A stretch of DNA of 60,061 nt, the filler included. It is 3 parts of 3 records of this genome, joined end to end, with 100 filler letters (N's around TTAATTAATTAA, not from the genome) between each part and the next. Parts side by side here need not be neighbours in the genome. Positions count along the whole stretch, not along the records: positions 1 to 18,929 come from DRR378314_411; positions 19,030 to 40,880 come from DRR378314_412; 1 more part is not named here. The stretch is one strand, 5' to 3'. Both the position numbers and the translations under genes were made by a program. Positions 9,954 to 21,334 of the stretch are shown in pieces (within the stretch, counting starts at the first letter, position 1; every line of letters starts with the position of its first letter). The notes under the pieces are model-generated. The model saw nothing but the letters and a program-made list of their open reading frames with translations, was not told the DNA's origin and searched no databases.

Positions 9954-11267
9954 TTATTTAAGCGCTAGCTGTAACTCTCTGTTGCGCTCTAACTGTGCTA
10001 AGAATGTATCTGCAATCGGCTTAAACTTCGCAAGCTCTGCGCGAGGTAATGGCTCAGATTTAGGTAGTTTAACCGTTTTAGGATTACGGTGAACGCCGTT
10101 CACTAAAAACTCATAGTGTAGGTGAGCGCCAGTTACGCGGCCTGTAGCACCGACAGTACCAATTTTTTGGCCCTGCTTAACTTTTTGGCCTTTTTTAACC
10201 GCGCGTTTGTTCAAGTGCAAATATTTAGTAACGTACTGCGTGCCGTGACTAATAAATACATAATTACCATTATATTTGCTGTAGCCTGATTTAATAACTT
10301 TACCGTTACCCGATGCAACAACGGGAGTACCTGTGCGAGCTGCATAATCGATACCACGGTGTGCTTTTACTCGCCCTGTAACAGGGTGTAAGCGCCGTGG
10401 ATTAAAACTAGAACTTATATATTTAAAATTAACGGGTGCCCGTAAGAACGCTTTTTTCATACTGCGGCCTTCCGGTGTATAGAAGTTATCATCACTGTGG
10501 CGAATTGCGGCGTAGCGTTCGCCTTGATTAATAAATTCAGCGGCAATAATTTTACCAGTGCCTATAAATTCACCGTCAACATAATGTGATTCGTAAATTA
10601 AACCAAACTGATCACCTTTACGAATGTCATTAGCGAAATCCACGTCCCAGCCAAAAATATCAGCAAAGTTCATAATTTGGCGTTCGCTTAAACCCGCTGC
10701 AATACCAGAAGTCCAAAAGCTATTGCTGATTTCACCGCCGGTAGATTTAGTTAAGGTTTCGATTTCTTTGCTATCGATTGAAGTATCGTAGTTACCGTCT
10801 TCGTTTAATGTAACAAATAAAGTGTCTGTTTTTGAAATCACATAACGTAACTGCGCTAAAGAGCCGTCTTCAGCTGTCGCAAAACTGAGTATTTCACCTG
10901 GGTGAATTTTAGTTAGCTTACGTGTTTCTGCATTGGTGTTAAGTAATTTATGAACGGTTTGCGCATTAAAACCAGCGCGCTTAAAGATAAGTGCTAAATT
11001 GTCACCGTTCTTTACTTCAAAATCGACTAGGTCATATTCTGGTAATTTTGCTGCGTCTTCTTGCGAATTTAATTCAGTTAATTGTTCAGCGTCATCAACT
11101 TTAATTTGTAATTCGTAGCGTTTGCCGATTTCCAGTGCTCCCGCACTGTTATCTTTTGAGGCGGTTGCTTTTTCTGAAGGAATAAGGGTTAGGGCAGCAA
11201 TAGCAGAAACAAAACCTAGAATAAGCAATTTGTGTTTTTTTGGGAGTTTGTGCACAACGTGAACCAT
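9954..11267 (-). CDS. M23 peptidoglycan DD-endopeptidase with OapA/LysM-like N-terminus (MepM-like)
   Basis: HRGIDYAA and HLHYE M23 motifs, N-terminal TM; start moved to MVHVVHKL. Confidence 0.9.
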   Translation of the reverse strand: MVHVVHKLPKKHKLLILGFVSAIAALTLIPSEKATASKDNSAGALEIGKRYELQIKVDDAEQLTELNSQEDAAKLPEYDLVDFEVKNGDNLALIFKRAGFNAQTVHKLLNTNAETRKLTKIHPGEILSFATAEDGSLAQLRYVISKTDTLFVTLNEDGNYDTSIDSKEIETLTKSTGGEISNSFWTSGIAAGLSERQIMNFADIFGWDVDFANDIRKGDQFGLIYESHYVDGEFIGTGKIIAAEFINQGERYAAIRHSDDNFYTPEGRSMKKAFLRAPVNFKYISSSFNPRRLHPVTGRVKAHRGIDYAARTGTPVVASGNGKVIKSGYSKYNGNYVFISHGTQYVTKYLHLNKRAVKKGQKVKQGQKIGTVGATGRVTGAHLHYEFLVNGVHRNPKTVKLPKSEPLPRAELAKFKPIADTFLAQLERNRELQLALK

Positions 11268-11416
11268 AACGTGCCTTTTTCTGCTGTCAAGATAATTAAT
11301 CATTAATATTGCAGGATATACTTAATAAAGCGTTAATACCAGTGTTTTGTGGATTTAAACTGTGGCTAATTTACGCTAGAATCCCTAGGTTGACTGAATT
11401 TTTTGGAGTAATACAA

Positions 11417-12616
11417 GTGGATTTACAAACCGCTCTAGCAGAGATTAAACGCGGTGCAGAAGAAATATTAATTGAAGACGAATTAGTCGAGAAGCTAAAG
11501 TCTGGTAAAAAGCTGAAGATCAAGGCGGGTTTTGATCCAACTGCACCTGACTTACACTTAGGCCATACCGTATTAATTAATAAAATGAAAACCTTTCAAG
11601 ACTTAGGTCACGAAGTGATTTTCTTAATTGGTGATTTCACCGGTATGATTGGTGATCCAACTGGCAAAAATGTAACACGTAAGCCACTTACTCGCGATGA
11701 TGTTTTAGCAAATGCTGAAACGTATAAAGAGCAAGTATTTAAGATTCTAGATCCATCCAAAACAACAGTTGCGTTTAACTCATCGTGGATGGAGAATTTA
11801 GGCGCTGCTGGCATGATCAAATTAGCTGCACGCCAAACTGTTGCACGTATGCTTGAGCGTGATGACTTTAAAAAGCGTTATGCAAATGGTCAATCCATTG
11901 CAATTCATGAGTTTCTATATCCTTTAGTACAAGGTTGGGATTCAGTTGCATTAGAAGCAGATGTTGAATTAGGTGGTACCGATCAACGTTTTAATTTGCT
12001 TATGGGCAGAGAGCTACAAAAAGATGAAGGCCAAAAGCCGCAAACGGTACTAATGATGCCTTTACTAGAAGGTACCGACGGCGTGCAAAAAATGTCTAAG
12101 TCGCTAGGGAACTACATTGGTATTACAGACGCGCCGAATGACATGTTTGGTAAAGTAATGTCAATCAGCGATGAATTAATGTGGCGTTATTATGATTTGC
12201 TAAGTAGCTTATCGATTGAAGAAATTGCTGCGTTAAAAGAAAAAGTTGCGCAGGGTACTAACCCACGCGATATCAAGATTGATTTAGCCAAAGAAATGAT
12301 TGCTCGTTTCCATAGTGACGAAGCTGCACAAGGCGCACATGAGGATTTCATTAAACGTTTTCAAAAGAACGCATTACCTGATGATATCCCAGATGTAACT
12401 GTGACAATTGACGAAGACACTGTATTTGTAACGAACATGCTTAAAGAAGCAGGGCTCGTCGCTAGTACTTCAGAAGCTATGCGTATGATCAAGCAAGGTG
12501 CGGTAAAAATTAACGGTGAAGAGAAAGTAACAGACTCTAAACTGGAAATCGCAAAAGGTAGCACGGCTATTTACCAAGTAGGTAAACGTAAATTTGCCAA
12601 TATTACGGTTGCTTAA
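11417..12616 (+). CDS. tyrS: Tyrosine--tRNA ligase
   Basis: [18 protein letters not shown] and C-terminal S4 domain; GTG start after GGAG. Confidence 0.97.
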   Translation: MDLQTALAEIKRGAEEILIEDELVEKLKSGKKLKIKAGFDPTAPDLHLGHTVLINKMKTFQDLGHEVIFLIGDFTGMIGDPTGKNVTRKPLTRDDVLANAETYKEQVFKILDPSKTTVAFNSSWMENLGAAGMIKLAARQTVARMLERDDFKKRYANGQSIAIHEFLYPLVQGWDSVALEADVELGGTDQRFNLLMGRELQKDEGQKPQTVLMMPLLEGTDGVQKMSKSLGNYIGITDAPNDMFGKVMSISDELMWRYYDLLSSLSIEEIAALKEKVAQGTNPRDIKIDLAKEMIARFHSDEAAQGAHEDFIKRFQKNALPDDIPDVTVTIDEDTVFVTNMLKEAGLVASTSEAMRMIKQGAVKINGEEKVTDSKLEIAKGSTAIYQVGKRKFANITVA

Positions 12617-12685
12617 GTAGCTCTATAGCTAAGAATGAAAATTCAGTAATAATATAGCCAAACTAGCTAAGAGGTTTGGTTATTC

Positions 12686-12711
12686 AAAAACCAGCTTCTG
12701 CTGGTTTTTTT
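12686..12711. terminator. Bidirectional terminator between tyrS and the CobD-like gene
   Basis: AAAAACCAGC-TTCT-GCTGGTTTTTT. Confidence 0.8.
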
Positions 12712-13654
12712 ATATCGTTTTTATAATCTCAATACCAAAAATCACCAATAACCAAAACCCGCGAGCCTGATTTAAACGACTTACCAGCACTGCTATGTCT
12801 TCAGCTTTCGGTAGCCTCTCAGTACCTATACGCATTTTGTTAAAGCGCTGCGCTTGATACATAGCAGGTCCGCCAAGCTGCACACCCACTGAAGCTGAGC
12901 ATGCACTTAATAACCAACCTGAATTACTTTGATAAAAGTGTCTTCCATAATGCTTTATGTAATGAATGCTTTGCTTGGTCGCTTTGCTGAGAGCAACAGT
13001 TACAGTAAGCAAACGGATTGGCAGCCACTCAAGAATAAATAATAGCCCTGAAATAGGTCTTAAAAAAGCATTGTTAGGAGGAAGGTCGCTGCGCCAGGCT
13101 TGATGCATTAAGCTCAACAAGTGATAACTTAAGGTTGCCATGGCGCCAAAAACCAAATATATAAAAATAACGGCAAAATAATGGCGGGCAACTCTTAGCG
13201 CGAAAGTTTCCATGGTCGCTTTACAAATACCTGCATTTGAAAGCTTACTTACATCACGAGCAACTAATGGCTTGAGTAATTCTCGCGCGGTTGCCTTTTG
13301 GTTTTGCCTTAGCAGACGAGCTATACGAAGCGCTTTTTTTTGTGGTGTTTGCCATTGCAGACATATATACAAAATTAACCCAGCGAGTAACTCAGGGTAA
13401 TAAGCAAACTCTAGCAGTAGTACTGCAATAGTTATTATTACTAGTATAACTAAACTAAAACACAATATTGAGGACAAATATTGGTAACTATTAGGTTCTT
13501 TGTCGCGATAAACGCGTTTACCCAAAGCACGATAGATTACAGATAAAAATGTATCAGGGTGATACCAACTACTCAAAGGTAAAAAGCGCTCAACAAGGAG
13601 CGCTAATAAAAACACAATAAAGTCCAAATGCTGTTGAACTAGATTGGGTAACAC
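12710..13654 (-). CDS. CobD/CbiB-family membrane protein
   Basis: YHP, LVARD, LEWLPIRL and QLGGPAMY motifs; follows mtnN. Confidence 0.75.
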   Translation of the reverse strand: MLPNLVQQHLDFIVFLLALLVERFLPLSSWYHPDTFLSVIYRALGKRVYRDKEPNSYQYLSSILCFSLVILVIITIAVLLLEFAYYPELLAGLILYICLQWQTPQKKALRIARLLRQNQKATARELLKPLVARDVSKLSNAGICKATMETFALRVARHYFAVIFIYLVFGAMATLSYHLLSLMHQAWRSDLPPNNAFLRPISGLLFILEWLPIRLLTVTVALSKATKQSIHYIKHYGRHFYQSNSGWLLSACSASVGVQLGGPAMYQAQRFNKMRIGTERLPKAEDIAVLVSRLNQARGFWLLVIFGIEIIKTI

Positions 13655-13655
13655 C

Positions 13656-14363
13656 TTATAAACTAACCGATGTTAGTTTTTCAAGCAAAGCAACAACCAT
13701 CTTCGAAGAGTTGATTGATGCCGTTTCTAAGTATTCTTCGAATGATTGCGGCGATTCTTTACCTGCAATATCTGACATAGAACGAATAACCACAAAAGGG
13801 GTTTCTAAGCTATGACATACTTGAGCAATAGCAGCGCCTTCCATTTCTACTGCAAGCATAGTTGGAAAGTCAGCACGTGCCTTATCGATTCGTACAGGGT
13901 CACACATAAATGAATCGCCAGTACAAATTAAGCCAATCAACGTCTTAACGTCACTGATTTGAGCAATACTTTGCTCAGCAGCTTCAATCAATTTAGGGTG
14001 TGCAGCAAAACCTGCTGGCATTTGTGGAACTTGGCCAATTTCATAACCAAACGCAGTTACATCAACATCATGATGGCGTACTTGTGATGAAATAACCACA
14101 TCGCCTACGCTAAGTGATGGATCAAAGCCACCGGCAGAACCTGTATTGATCACGCAATCAGGATTAAAATTATCAATCAATAATGTTGTTGCTATGGCTG
14201 ATGCTACTTTACCAATACCTGATTGAACCAAAGTAACCGTGTTGCCAGCTAATTCACCCGTATAAAAAGTAAAGCCTGCTTTAGTTAAAATTTGTGGGTT
14301 TTGCATTGCCTCACGCAAAATTTTAACTTCTGGCTCCATTGCGCCAATAATACCAACATTCAT
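13656..14363 (-). CDS. mtnN: 5'-methylthioadenosine/S-adenosylhomocysteine nucleosidase
   Basis: [27 protein letters not shown] and RSMSD motifs. Confidence 0.95.
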   Translation of the reverse strand: MNVGIIGAMEPEVKILREAMQNPQILTKAGFTFYTGELAGNTVTLVQSGIGKVASAIATTLLIDNFNPDCVINTGSAGGFDPSLSVGDVVISSQVRHHDVDVTAFGYEIGQVPQMPAGFAAHPKLIEAAEQSIAQISDVKTLIGLICTGDSFMCDPVRIDKARADFPTMLAVEMEGAAIAQVCHSLETPFVVIRSMSDIAGKESPQSFEEYLETASINSSKMVVALLEKLTSVSL

Positions 14364-14432
14364 AATTTTTGATTCCTCGAATTAGATGCCGTGATTATAC
14401 TGCAAAAATGAGAGTAGGGTAAAACCAAACAA

Positions 14433-14460
14433 AAAAATGCGAGATTAATCTCGCATTTTT
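14433..14460 (-). terminator. Terminator after the DUF2726 gene
   Basis: AAAAATGCGAGATTAATCTCGCATTTTT perfect palindrome with A/T tails. Confidence 0.8.
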
Positions 14461-14473
14461 ATAGTTTCATACT

Positions 14474-15067
14474 TTAAATTTCGGCTAATGCTGTTGAATG
14501 CGCTTTTGCCTGAGAAGGGGAAAGTACTGCTGGCTTAGTCACCCTGTTACGGCTTGGTCTAACACTCGGAGCCGCTGGTTTTCCAAGCTTAAACATAATG
14601 GCATTACGAACTTCACTTGGTCGATAACCTGATTTAACTTTCATGCGAATATGAGGGATCCCTGCTGATTCTAATGCACCATTAACAAACCAATCGCGCT
14701 GCGCTTTGTGGCCGTCTTTGTTAGCGTTATTAACTAAATCGACAGCTGCAACAATCGTCATTTTTTCTTTGTCGATCAAGACAAAATCTAGCTGTTTATT
14801 CTTTGCTTTGGTAATTGCCGCGCGTTTAGCCTTAGGCGACAAGCCCTTTTTACAATCAATAACATCTATCAGTTTAACCCGGCTGACAATCTTATATTGA
14901 TCGCCAACAGCGCGCTCAAGTAAGTTTAAAAAAGCACTCTCTACTTGTGTAAATACACTCTCTTTGCGGGTGAAAGGATAAGGATTGCCGCCATCATCGG
15001 TAAATTTTGATGCAACAACAGATGCCCCTACAACTAATACTAATATTGATAATAAAGCGAATTCCAT
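14474..15067 (-). CDS. DUF2726-domain membrane-anchored protein
   Basis: N-terminal TM, E..FL..LE, VSRVKL.D, LDFVL, H..RD..V..L..AGIP pattern. Confidence 0.75.
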   Translation of the reverse strand: MEFALLSILVLVVGASVVASKFTDDGGNPYPFTRKESVFTQVESAFLNLLERAVGDQYKIVSRVKLIDVIDCKKGLSPKAKRAAITKAKNKQLDFVLIDKEKMTIVAAVDLVNNANKDGHKAQRDWFVNGALESAGIPHIRMKVKSGYRPSEVRNAIMFKLGKPAAPSVRPSRNRVTKPAVLSPSQAKAHSTALAEI

Positions 15068-15107
15068 ATGGTAACTCCACAACAACAAATTGACACTGTA
15101 AATTAGT

Positions 15108-15123
15108 AGCAATTAACGTGCCT
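15108..15123 (-). promoter_or_regulatory. Sigma54 (-24/-12) promoter for the DUF2726 gene
   Basis: Minus strand AGGCACG-TTAA-TTGCT vs consensus TGGCACG-N4-TTGCW, 40 nt before the ATG. Confidence 0.65.
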
Positions 15124-15147
15124 AGTTGTAGTGAAGTCACTTTTTAA

Positions 15148-16068
15148 TTAAGGCTGGTAGCCGTCTTCTATGCCTTTGACTGCAATCGCAACAGCATCAT
15201 GTGCGTGTAAAGATTCATAATGATTTATTCTTAACCAGTAATCGGTGTACTGTGCGTCTTCTAATCGCGATTTGATTTTTCGTGCGGCATCCTCGCAGAA
15301 CATTAAATTTTGACCATTTAGACGGGCAAACTCTTGCTCATCTTCGCGCTTAACAGCCGCTTGTACTGGGGTCTTTAGCTCATTTTCTAGCGTATCTATT
15401 AAATTAACAACATCAAACTCTGTGATCTGTTCATCTAGCTTAACTTTTACATTCGCAATAGAGCGCTGAGAGTGCGGAGTAGCAACAATTCCCTCTGTAC
15501 TGCCCAACCAATTAAGAACCTCTTGATGGTTAAGCGCATGTTTATCAAATTTTTCAACAAACGCATTTTGTATAAGTTGGCGTGCTAAAGCCGCTGAGCA
15601 AGGACATGTTGAAGAATAAGTGACATCGACACTCAGTTCAAAACTTAGCTGCCCGCGGTCAATTTTTGCCTCTAACACTAGTGGGTAGCTTTTCCAGCCA
15701 GCTTTGCCACTGAGTAATGATTTTCTACGCAGTGGAAGTTCAAATTTAAACTCTACTTTAGCTTGGTTACTCAAATCTTCATGGCTAGATATAAATTTAT
15801 CAAGCGCTTGTGCGATGGTTTTAGGATTAACTTGCTGTTCGGTAGATAAGGTATCTAGCGCTAAAAACAGGCGCGACATGTGGATACCTTTGGCATCTTC
15901 TTTATGAAGGTTTACAAAAGCGCTTGCTTTAGAATTAACGTTAACAGGTGTAAGGCCACGAGATTCAAAAATAAATGGCAGTTCAATTTCTGACATACCC
16001 ACCCAGTTTAATTTACCTGTTTGAAGGGCTGGAGCCGTATCCGCTATATCGGGCATAGTACTTTGCAT
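15148..16068 (-). CDS. folE2: GTP cyclohydrolase I type B
   Basis: KGIHMSRL, YSSTCPCS, TPHSQRS, VKREDEQ and ESLHAHDA motifs. Confidence 0.93.
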   Translation of the reverse strand: MQSTMPDIADTAPALQTGKLNWVGMSEIELPFIFESRGLTPVNVNSKASAFVNLHKEDAKGIHMSRLFLALDTLSTEQQVNPKTIAQALDKFISSHEDLSNQAKVEFKFELPLRRKSLLSGKAGWKSYPLVLEAKIDRGQLSFELSVDVTYSSTCPCSAALARQLIQNAFVEKFDKHALNHQEVLNWLGSTEGIVATPHSQRSIANVKVKLDEQITEFDVVNLIDTLENELKTPVQAAVKREDEQEFARLNGQNLMFCEDAARKIKSRLEDAQYTDYWLRINHYESLHAHDAVAIAVKGIEDGYQP

Positions 16069-16534
16069 GAAAAATCTCGTTATTGGCAAGTTTAAAAGGC
16101 GGTATTTTACACGAAATAATTTAAAAAAACGTGGTAGATGAAAATTTTATGTTTTCGTCGCGGAACATGAAAATTGTTAAAGTAAAAATGCTAAAATACT
16201 TCAATAGAGAGATAAGTTTTAGTTCATCTAGCCAGATCATTATTACTTGGTTTTGATGAGAAGACATATCAGTAATGGCTGGTATACGTTTCTAAGTTGT
16301 TCTATTAACTCAAATCATTAAGTTACTTTTGTATCAATTTGAATTTGAGAATACTTATTTTCAGCCATAGTGATGGTATTTACTCTCTATCTTTTATAGC
16401 TTTACTTAAATTGTAGGCCTTCGGATAGTATAATTAGCAATCTATCTGCGTATTGAGCCACTTATTCAACGCTATCACTGCGCTAATTGCTTTTACAATG
16501 ATATCAAGCGCATAGCCACGAGACAGATTTAAAT

Positions 16535-18859
16535 ATGATAGATTCTCCTTTGAGCCCTTGGGTTCGAATGCTTTCCAGTTTGATTACACGTTTTGGTGAA
16601 TTTAAAGCAGCCGCTATTTGCTATGCCCTATTATTGGTTGTTTCGCTGATATTGGCCTGCATGTTCTATTACGTTGCTATTGGGCAAGTGGTTATTGTAG
16701 ATGTACTTGCGATGCTGTTTTTTACAGCAGTTGTATCGCCTATTATAATTAGTGTGTTGATTAACTCCATTCGCCAACTCGACGCAACATACGCCTATCT
16801 TGATAGTGCAACTAAGCAAGAAAAGCTTCTTAACCAAACGCTTAAAGATAATATCAAGCGTTTAAATGTTGAGATTGATGAACGTAAAATGGCTTTTCAA
16901 GCTAAGCATAGTGCGATTGAAGAGTTACGTAGAGAGATTGCAGAGCGTAAAAAAACGCAACAGGAACTTGCGCAACAGGGCATGTTACTTCGTTCTATTG
17001 TCGACTCCTCTCCAGATCTATTTTATTACCGTGATAATAATGGTGTATTTGCCGGGTGTAATAAAATGTTTGAAAAGGTGATAGGTAAACCTGTTAGTGA
17101 GCTAATTGGGAAAACAGCCGAACAAATATACCCTGAATCCTACTTGCCAGAGGTACTCACAACAGATAATAAAGTAGAAGAAACACACCAAGCTCTTACG
17201 CTCGATGTCGAGTATCCAGTAGATAATGAAAATCGTTGGTTTGAAATGCGTAAGTTGCCTTTTATTAATGATGAAGGTGAATACATTGGTTTACTGGCGT
17301 TTGGTCGTGATATAACCAGCCGAAAAGAAGCAGCGCAAGCACTTGAAACTGCCTATAAAGACAAAGGGAAATTTATTGCCACACTCAGCCATGAATTGAG
17401 AACGCCATTAAATGGCATTGTTGGTTTAACGCGTATGCTGTTAGATACTGAGCTCGATAAGCAGCAACGTAGTTGGTGTAATACCGTATTCTCAAGCGCT
17501 GAAACCTTGGGTAATATCTTTAATGACATTATCGATTTAGACAAAATAGATCGAGAACAGCTAGATATAGTTACCGCACCAATTAACGTATCAGACTTTA
17601 TCAATGACGTGGTTAACTTTGCAGGACTAATTGCCGAACAAAAAGGGCTCGAATTCGATATAGAACGAAAAGGTATGCTTGATGTATACGCAGCTTTAGA
17701 TCCTACACGATTACGCCAAGTTGTATGGAACCTGATAAACAATGCAGTCAAATTTACACAGCAAGGCAAGGTGCAATTATCGTGTTTACGCGAGAATCGC
17801 GCAGATGGTACATGGCTAGTTATAAATGTGACTGATACTGGGCAGGGTATACCTCAAGAACAACTTCAGCGTATCTTCGATATGTACTATAAAGCCCCAG
17901 ATATAAACGGCACAAATGCAATTGGCTCAGGGATTGGACTGGCAGTAACAAAAGCGTTAGTTACCGCAATGAGTGGCCATATCCGTGTGAGCAGCACTGA
18001 AGGAGAAGGGAGTAGTTTTGTGGTAGAAATACCACTTTCACTGTGTGTTGCTCCCGCTGAGCAGAATTATGTAGGTAGAAGCTTAAATATTTTACTTGTG
18101 GAAGATGTGCCATTAAACGCAGAGATTGCTACAAACTTGCTTGAGCAGCGAGGGCATGAGGTGATTTGGGCTGAAACAGGTGAAGATGCACTTTCATTCG
18201 TAGAAACTGAAGATGACTTAGATCTTGTCCTCCTTGATATGCAATTGCCTGATATTAATGGTGATGAGGTTGCCAGACAAATTCGTTCAGACAGTTTCTT
18301 TGATAAATTACCTATTGTTGCCTTAACAGCGAATGTAAGAAGTGCGGAAGAGGAGCTGGAAGGTATTTCTATTCAAGGAGCATTAGCAAAGCCTATTAAT
18401 ACAACAAAGCTTGATAGAATGCTGGCGGACTTATTTGACATCAAACTTGCACAATCATGTGATGAAAATCGTCTTACGGTAGCCAATAAAGACTGTACAG
18501 ATATAAAAGTTGAGTTACTCGATGTGGAAACAATTGAAGACTTTGTAAATTCAATGGGAATTGAAATATTCAAACGAAGCAGTAGCTTATTTGAAAAGTT
18601 AAACCCGCAATATCAACAGGAATTAGCTACGTCATTAAAACAAGATGATAGAGAAGAATATAAATCAGTTGCACACAAGCTAAAAGGAGCAGCAGGCTCT
18701 GTAGGTTTAAACGATGTACAGTTACATGCTAAAAAAATGGAGCATGGGGCGCTTGATGAAGATATCGACCTGTTACAAACATGGTTGGTTGAACTTGGAG
18801 ATAAAATAAATGAAGGACAACATGCCCTTCATTTATTCTTACAGCAACTAGAGAAGTAG
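16535..18859 (+). CDS. arcB: Aerobic respiration control hybrid sensor kinase
   Basis: Two TM, coiled coil, PAS, HisKA SHELRTPLNG, HATPase, receiver and HPt (AHKLKGAAGSVG); convergent with an arcA-like 3' end. Confidence 0.88.
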   Translation: MIDSPLSPWVRMLSSLITRFGEFKAAAICYALLLVVSLILACMFYYVAIGQVVIVDVLAMLFFTAVVSPIIISVLINSIRQLDATYAYLDSATKQEKLLNQTLKDNIKRLNVEIDERKMAFQAKHSAIEELRREIAERKKTQQELAQQGMLLRSIVDSSPDLFYYRDNNGVFAGCNKMFEKVIGKPVSELIGKTAEQIYPESYLPEVLTTDNKVEETHQALTLDVEYPVDNENRWFEMRKLPFINDEGEYIGLLAFGRDITSRKEAAQALETAYKDKGKFIATLSHELRTPLNGIVGLTRMLLDTELDKQQRSWCNTVFSSAETLGNIFNDIIDLDKIDREQLDIVTAPINVSDFINDVVNFAGLIAEQKGLEFDIERKGMLDVYAALDPTRLRQVVWNLINNAVKFTQQGKVQLSCLRENRADGTWLVINVTDTGQGIPQEQLQRIFDMYYKAPDINGTNAIGSGIGLAVTKALVTAMSGHIRVSSTEGEGSSFVVEIPLSLCVAPAEQNYVGRSLNILLVEDVPLNAEIATNLLEQRGHEVIWAETGEDALSFVETEDDLDLVLLDMQLPDINGDEVARQIRSDSFFDKLPIVALTANVRSAEEELEGISIQGALAKPINTTKLDRMLADLFDIKLAQSCDENRLTVANKDCTDIKVELLDVETIEDFVNSMGIEIFKRSSSLFEKLNPQYQQELATSLKQDDREEYKSVAHKLKGAAGSVGLNDVQLHAKKMEHGALDEDIDLLQTWLVELGDKINEGQHALHLFLQQLEK

Positions 18860-18883
18860 TTGCTGAGGCGGAATTAACGTAGT

Positions 18884-18928
18884 TTAGGCGTCAATTTTAC
18901 CGATAAAGCGATAGCCTTCACCATGGAT
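18884..18928 (-). CDS. arcA: 3' end of an OmpR-family regulator, probably ArcA (truncated by contig end)
   Basis: Hand translation IHGEGYRFIGKIDA* resembles the ArcA C-terminus TIHGEGYRF.G. Confidence 0.7.
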   Translation of the reverse strand: MHGEGYRFIGKIDA

Positions 18929-18929
18929 G

Positions 18930-19029
18930 NNNNNNNNNNNNNNNNNNNNNNNNNNNNNNNNNNNNNNNNNNNNTTAATTAATTAANNNNNNNNNNNNNNN
19001 NNNNNNNNNNNNNNNNNNNNNNNNNNNNN
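18930..19029. other. Artificial contig spacer
   Basis: N-run with TTAATTAATTAA (18974-18985), stops in all six frames; genes truncated on both sides. Confidence 0.98.
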
Positions 19030-19593
19030 CAGGGTGTGGGTCACTTCCGGGTGGAACTGTACACCGTAGAACTGCTTCTCTTCCCAGGCCATGGCGGCAA
19101 TCGGGCAGCTCGGCGTGGAAGCGGTCACGGTGAAGGTGTCAGGTACCTGGGAGACCTTGTCGCCGTGGCTCATCCATACGTCTAGCAGGCCTTTGCCGCT
19201 GTCGGTATCGATGTGGTCTTTGATGTCTTTGAACAGCGGGGTGTCGCCGTCGATTTGAATCTGGGCGTAGCCAAACTCGCGCTGGTTAGAGCCTTCCACT
19301 TTGCCGCCAAGCTGCTCGGCCATGGTCTGCATGCCGTAGCAGATACCAAACACCGGCAGGCCCATTTCGAACACGCACGCCGGTGCTCGCGGGGAATCCA
19401 ACTCGGTGACGGATTCCGGGCCACCGGCCAGGATGATGCCGTTCGGGTTGTATTCGCGAATTTCTTCTTCGGTGATGTCGAAGGCGCGGATTTCGGAGAA
19501 TACACCGATCTCACGTACACGGCGGGCGATCAGTTGGGTGTACTGGGAGCCGAAGTCGAGAATCAGGATCTTATGGGCGTGAATGTCACTCAT
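19030..19593 (-). CDS. guaA: GMP synthase, N-terminal glutaminase part (3' truncated)
   Basis: [28 protein letters not shown] and QFHPEV motifs. Confidence 0.95.
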
Positions 19594-19689
19594 GGCGGGG
19601 TCTCGGTTAAGCGGTGTGGGTGCCGCTGTTAAGGCCAAAAAGCAAGCGGCGGGGCAATGCCCGCCGCGCCATTTAACTAAACGTGCTGG

Positions 19690-21159
19690 TTAGCTCACCC
19701 GGTAGTTGGGAGCTTCTTTGGTGATCTGCACGTTGTGAACGTGGGATTCGTTAAAGCCAGCGCTGGTAATTTGTACAAATTCCGGCTTGGTGCGCATTTC
19801 TTCAACACTGCGGCAGCCGGTGTAACCCATGGAAGCGCGCAGGCCGCCCATCAGTTGGTGAACGATAGCGCCCATCATGCCTTTATAGGGTACGCGGCCT
19901 TCAATGCCTTCCGGCACCAGCTTCTCGGCACCTTCGCTCTTGTCTTGGAAGTAGCGGTCGGCGCTGCCCTGGTTCTGAGACATGGCACCCATGGAGCCCA
20001 TACCGCGGTAGGCTTTGTAGGTACGGCCTTGGTAAAGCTCAACTTCACCCGGCGCTTCTTCGGTACCGGCCAGCAGGCCACCGACCATCACGGCGCTTGC
20101 GCCAGCGGCGATGGCTTTGGCTAAGTCACCCGAGAAGCGAATGCCGCCGTCGGCGATCAGCGGAATATCGAACTCTTTCAGCGCTTCTGCCACGTTAGAC
20201 ACCGCGGTGATTTGCGGAACACCAACACCTGCCACAATACGTGTGGTGCAGATAGAACCGGGGCCAATGCCCACTTTAACGGCGTCTGCGCCCGCTTCAG
20301 CCAGCGCTTTGGCAGCAGCGCCGGTGGCAATGTTACCGCCAATCACTTGAATGTTGGGGAAGTTCTCTTTGATCCAGCGCACGCGGTCGATAACGCCTTT
20401 GGAGTGACCATGGGCAGTATCAACAATGATCACATCGACACCGGCTTCGGCCAGCGCAGCAACGCGATCAGGCGTTTCCGGGCCAGTGCCAACGGCTGCA
20501 CCTACCAACAAGCGGCCGTCACTGTCTTTGGCAGCCATCGGGTAAGTGCGGGCTTTTTCGATATCTTGGAAAGTTACCAAACCGCGCAGATGAAACTCGT
20601 CATCCACAATCAGCATTTTCTCGATGCGGTGTTCACGCATTTTGGCTTTGCTGGTTTCAAGGTCGGTGCCTTCCTTGACGGTAACCAACCGCTCGCGGGG
20701 GGTCATGATGTCCGCAACGCTGTCGCCGTGGTTGGGCTGGAAGCGCATGTCGCGCTCGGTCACAATACCCACCAGGGTTTCGCCTTCTACGACGGGGAAG
20801 CCAGAAAATCCGTTCTCACGCGCCATCGCCAGCAGGTCATCCAGCTTCGCCTTAGGGCTAACGGTGACTGGATCTTTTACAATCACGCTTTCGTGCTTTT
20901 TAACCTTACGCACTTCAGCGGCTTGCTGGCTCATGGTCATGCTCTTATGGATAATGCCAATGCCGCCTTCCTGAGCCATCGCAATTGCTAGACGCGCTTC
21001 GGTAACGGTATCCATTGCAGCGGAAAGCAGCGGGATGTTGAGTGAAATATTGCGGGTCAGGCGGGTTTTGAGGCTGACATCCTTGGGCAGAATATCGGAG
21101 AAGCCGGGAACGAGGAGTACGTCATCGAACGTAAGTGCTTCTTGGGCCATACGTAGCAT
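19690..21159 (-). CDS. guaB: IMP dehydrogenase
   Basis: [22 protein letters not shown] pair, YRGMGS. Confidence 0.97.
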   Translation of the reverse strand: MLRMAQEALTFDDVLLVPGFSDILPKDVSLKTRLTRNISLNIPLLSAAMDTVTEARLAIAMAQEGGIGIIHKSMTMSQQAAEVRKVKKHESVIVKDPVTVSPKAKLDDLLAMARENGFSGFPVVEGETLVGIVTERDMRFQPNHGDSVADIMTPRERLVTVKEGTDLETSKAKMREHRIEKMLIVDDEFHLRGLVTFQDIEKARTYPMAAKDSDGRLLVGAAVGTGPETPDRVAALAEAGVDVIIVDTAHGHSKGVIDRVRWIKENFPNIQVIGGNIATGAAAKALAEAGADAVKVGIGPGSICTTRIVAGVGVPQITAVSNVAEALKEFDIPLIADGGIRFSGDLAKAIAAGASAVMVGGLLAGTEEAPGEVELYQGRTYKAYRGMGSMGAMSQNQGSADRYFQDKSEGAEKLVPEGIEGRVPYKGMMGAIVHQLMGGLRASMGYTGCRSVEEMRTKPEFVQITSAGFNESHVHNVQITKEAPNYRVS

Positions 21160-21334
21160 AGCGGCAACACCCTGATAGAAGAGGAAGTGGGGCGTGGAAA
21201 GTTAATCCCCTATTATAGCGTTTTGAGGGCCTTTCCAGCAATGTGAAGAAGGTTTTCAATCCAGACCAATGGCTAATAAGCTAGGATTCTTGCGAAAGCT
21301 ACCCGCTCGCTCACTCTCTTTGTAAGGTTGCTCT

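Noticed and set aside
16167-16256. 29-codon ORF in the folE2-arcB intergenic region
   Set aside because: Weak RBS, no recognisable features, compatible with chance
18974-18985. TTAATTAATTAA palindromes (also at 40925-40936)
   Set aside because: Embedded in N-runs; an artificial six-frame-stop linker, not biological
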